A DNA stretch of 55,766 nt from Trichinella spiralis (taxonomy: Eukaryota), in assembly GCF_000181795.1 (NCBI RefSeq), contig NW_003526941.1:2569700-2625465 (forward strand), read 5' to 3'. A program made the translations under genes and the position numbers. The notes under the pieces were generated by a model that had not been told where the DNA came from, did no database searches, and worked only from the letters and a program-made list of their open reading frames with translations. Shown piece by piece: positions 52,250 through 55,766 of this stretch. Each line of letters begins with the position of its first letter. The first letter of the stretch is position 1.

Positions 52250-54582
52250 ATTTAATCACTATCATCATATTGGTTAGATTACTTGTATGCTTGAAATAGA
52301 ATTCTGAATCTTTTACCAACAAAAATATACTGGAGTATATTAGAAGAAAAATTTGAAAATCCTTTACTCTGATAGGTTAATAATTCTTGGTTATTTAGTG
52401 AAACAGGAAATGGATAGCGCATTTCTGCTACAGTGATGGCAGGCTATGAATGTTTTAGAAAATTCTTATTATTTAACATTGGTAAATGAAGAAGTAGCAG
52501 TGAAATAAAACGTGTAACTATTTGGTCATAAACGTTTTTGGAGATTGGCAACATTAAATAAAATTATTTAACTGAACAGTTAAATTGCTGTCAAACGGCG
52601 GATGAGGACGTACACGTTCAGCTTATCTGAGTAAATTCTGTAAAGTAAGAGGTAAATCTCTCGGGTAAACACATATTCTAGGCGAAAATAATTACATTTC
52701 AACACAATATTGCCAAGTAGGAATTTCTTTGGAAATGTCTCTGCAGCAGAGTTCAAAAAGTAAATTCCTATTATCAAAACAGATTGTCTGTTTGGTAACC
52801 TCTTAAAAGATACGAACATTAGTGGGAGAAATTGATTTATATTTTGTAGTATGCGTTCCAGGTAGGCTAAAGCTGAAGATCTGTCAGTCGCAGCTGTGCA
52901 AGCAGGAGTGGCAGTACAACCATTCTGTATTCACATGATACAGTAACGTATTGATTTTCCTTCAAATACAAAACGGTAAGAAATGAAATTGCATTCCAGA
53001 GGTGGTATAAAAGTAGGGTTTATTAATTTAGGTTAAGAAGTGTTTATATGATTTAAGGAAATCTACATACTAAAGCACTTTTGCATAATACGAAATGTAT
53101 ACACAAATTCTTAATAATTTGACCTATTTAATAGAATTATTTAATACTATTATATAATCTCACTAATACTAACGGAAATTAGGTTTTTTCACCAGAGGCA
53201 AAGTCGTTTTCTATTTGCATAATTTACTTACCATTGTACTACTTTTCAGAATGCTTCTTGCTTCATTGTCCGTCATTTGATCATTAGCCATGGCAGCATG
53301 CATGCACTCATCTAGAATTCCTTTCTTCAATATCATCAGTGATTAAGAGGTAAGTCATATTTGATAATGTGTTGCAAATATTCTATGCATGACAATTGCA
53401 TGAATTTACAAATATGCTGAATGGAAACTAATTGGTATCTCAATTTTTATCATTATTGTTGTTCTAAATTTTCAGATACTCTTATCATATGGTAAAGACA
53501 AATAGGTGTTTTATTATTTTCAGATGACGTCAGCTTCAATATTCATGTCACTTAAAAATGAATGCTACAAATACGTATTATGAAAATTAAATGGTAAATG
53601 TAATCATTTTAAGATTTCATATTGAATTTCTTTTTCATATTCATGTTTTCAATTTTTTCATATTTCAGATAAGTAAAGAAGGCATCCACTACTGTTCTGA
53701 CAAGGCTGATCGAAATAAGCAAGCAGTACTGTATTGTTACTATGTTCAGCATCATTTGTGATCGATATGATCACAAAAACTGGCTATGCAACAAGGAATG
53801 TAAGACCGATAGCAGTGCATGATAATTTTTGTTTTGTTCCAAATATGTTTGTTTGGCATGCCATTGCTTAGTTCCTAATCATTAATTACTGTTTCAGTGA
53901 TGGAATTGTTTGCACGCTCATAACAGGGAGACAAACACTATATACATAATTAGAAAACAGTTTTTCATCTTTACGTGATTTATTTAATACGTAAATTTTA
54001 AGATTTTAGAGAAATTTACCGGTGAAGCTGAACAGAGGTGACTAAAAATGTAAAGTTTTAAGTAAATGCACTGTTATTTCTATGGATTGTTTCATGTGGT
54101 TGTTGTACTTTTCGCTTTATTTTCATTTCTCATATTTCACTTTGTACTTTTTATTTTCATCAGGTTATTTAGATTTCAATTTCAGGTAAGTATTTTTTTT
54201 TATTTTTTTATGAATTATACAAATTTTAGAGGAATTGTTTTGCAATTGGTGAAAAGTAATCGAAACAGTTTGGGACTGAATCTAAAAATTGTTTGGAACA
54301 CGTTGCTTTGTTTGAAAACTCGTAGTTAACTTCAAGTGATCATCAGGTATTTTTTGCAGTCAATAGTTTGTAAGTCCAGGTAAGTATCTTTAATGTTAAT
54401 TTTATTGTTACAGATAATTTTCATCCAAACGATTAGAAAAGCACAAAGGTAAGTATTAAAAGAAAGGTAGGTTTAATTTTCAACTCCATTTTGAATGATT
54501 CGAAATGGAGGGAAATGACTACACTAGTATAAGTAAAAGTGAGGAGCAGGTAATAATAATAAGTGAGTAATATAATAATAGT

Positions 54583-55150
54583 ATGAGTATAGGTGGAGAG
54601 GAGAGTGAGTATAGGTGGANNNNNNNNNNNNNNNNNNNNNNNNNNNNNNNNNNNNNNNNNNNNNNNNNNNNNNNNNNNNNNNNNNNNNNNNNNNNNNNNN
54701 NNNNNNNNNNNNNNNNNNNNNNNNNNNNNNNNNNNNNNNNNNNNNNNNNNNNNNNNNNNNNNNNNNNNNNNNNNNNNNNNNNNNNNNNNNNNNNNNNNNN
54801 NNNNNNNNNNNNNNNNNNNNNNNNNNNNNNNNNNNNNNNNNNNNNNNNNNNNNNNNNNNNNNNNNNNNNNNNNNNNNNNNNNNNNNNNNNNNNNNNNNNN
54901 NNNNNNNNNNNNNNNNNNNNNNNNNNNNNNNNNNNNNNNNNNNNNNNNNNNNNNNNNNNNNNNNNTAGGTGGAGAAGAGAGTGAGTATAGTGGAGAGGAG
55001 AGTGAGTATGGTGAGAGGTGAGTCCAGTATTGCTGAGAGGAGAGTGAGTATAGATGAGAGGAGAGTGAGTATAGCTGGAGAGGTGAGTGAGTATAGGTGG
55101 AGAGGAGATTGAGTATAGGTGGAGAGGAGAGTATAGGTGGAGAGGAGAAT
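54583..55150 (+). repeat. ~22-bp purine-rich tandem repeat (GAGTATAGGTGGAGAGGAGAGT) flanking an assembly gap
   Basis: Degenerate copies on both sides of the N run. Confidence 0.9.
54620..54965. other. Assembly gap (N run)
   Basis: Run of n characters. Confidence 1.
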
Positions 55151-55164
55151 ATAACTGCTCGAGG

Positions 55165-55620
55165 ACTTAACCTGGGGCGTATCCTGAATCGTAGCCTCAG
55201 GCGAGACTAAGGGCGTCGCCTGGGGCTATTTTTTTGAAAATCTCGATAAATTTATGAAACTTTTGCCGGAGGCATAGCCCCAAGCATAGCCTTAGGGCAA
55301 ATATTTGCATATAATTTGCCTGAAGCATAGCCTGAAGGTAAATATTTTTTTGAAATTGCCTGAAGCGTAGCCTGGGGCGTAGCCTGCGGCTATTTTTTTT
55401 GAAAATCTCGATAAATTTTGGAATTTACGAAAATTTTGCCTAAGGCATAGCCTTTTCCTGAACCTGAGGGCCCAGATTTAATGATAATTTGCCTGGGGTC
55501 TATCCTGATCATATTTTGAAGAAAATTTTGCCGGATTTTGACCTTTCACATAGCCTGACGGCATATATTTGTGAAAATTCATTAGACTCATAATGTATTG
55601 CATAGACTAAGGCGTACTTG
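55165..55620. repeat. Degenerate repeat built from (C/G)TAGCCTGAGGC-like units with an internal ~30-bp duplication
   Basis: Many TAGCCT(G/C)... motifs. GGCTATTTTTTT(T)GAAAATCTCGATAAATTT occurs at ~55223 and ~55388. Confidence 0.75.
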
Positions 55621-55766
55621 AATATACTGATACCTGATTACAAAATGATATGCAATTTTGCCTTTTTCTCTCCTGTCCAATCAATTTCTTCCCTTTCCCT
55701 CTGGGAGACAATCCTCTCTTCTCCTCTCAAGCAAACTCCTCTACTTTCCTCTCCTAAATTTCCTAC

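Noticed and set aside
54583..55021. ORFs spanning the N run, and a possible CRISPR-like array
   Set aside because: The ORFs are gap artefacts. The repeats are tandem without unique spacers, in a eukaryotic context.

Overview
AT-rich eukaryotic genomic DNA with many short introns and TTTCAG-type acceptors. It is most likely a nematode, and I infer a clade I (Trichinella-like) species from the intron style, the 6-Cys WAP proteins and a Sec-type selenophosphate synthetase. The window is gene-dense. In order it holds: the 3' end of a FoxP gene with a C-terminal polyQ, selenophosphate synthetase, RPS24, Egalitarian, two tandem secreted WAP/Cys-rich genes, a SPRY-SOCS box gene, RPL34, exportin-1, Rpn13/ADRM1, an intronless cyclin C, V-ATPase D, an NPC2/ML protein, Arp2, KIN17 and UDP-glucose pyrophosphorylase. 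It ends in a satellite block with an N gap. The main hidden signal is recoding. The SPS gene has an in-frame TGA at the catalytic position (LRG-U-GCK, 5996-5998), followed by GGG-TGC and a small hairpin, and its 3' UTR holds a type-2 SECIS-like hairpin with an atypical U-UGA core. The ORF track misses this selenoprotein. Four genes also appear to use GC-AG introns with the same GCAAGT donor. All exon boundaries were read by eye.
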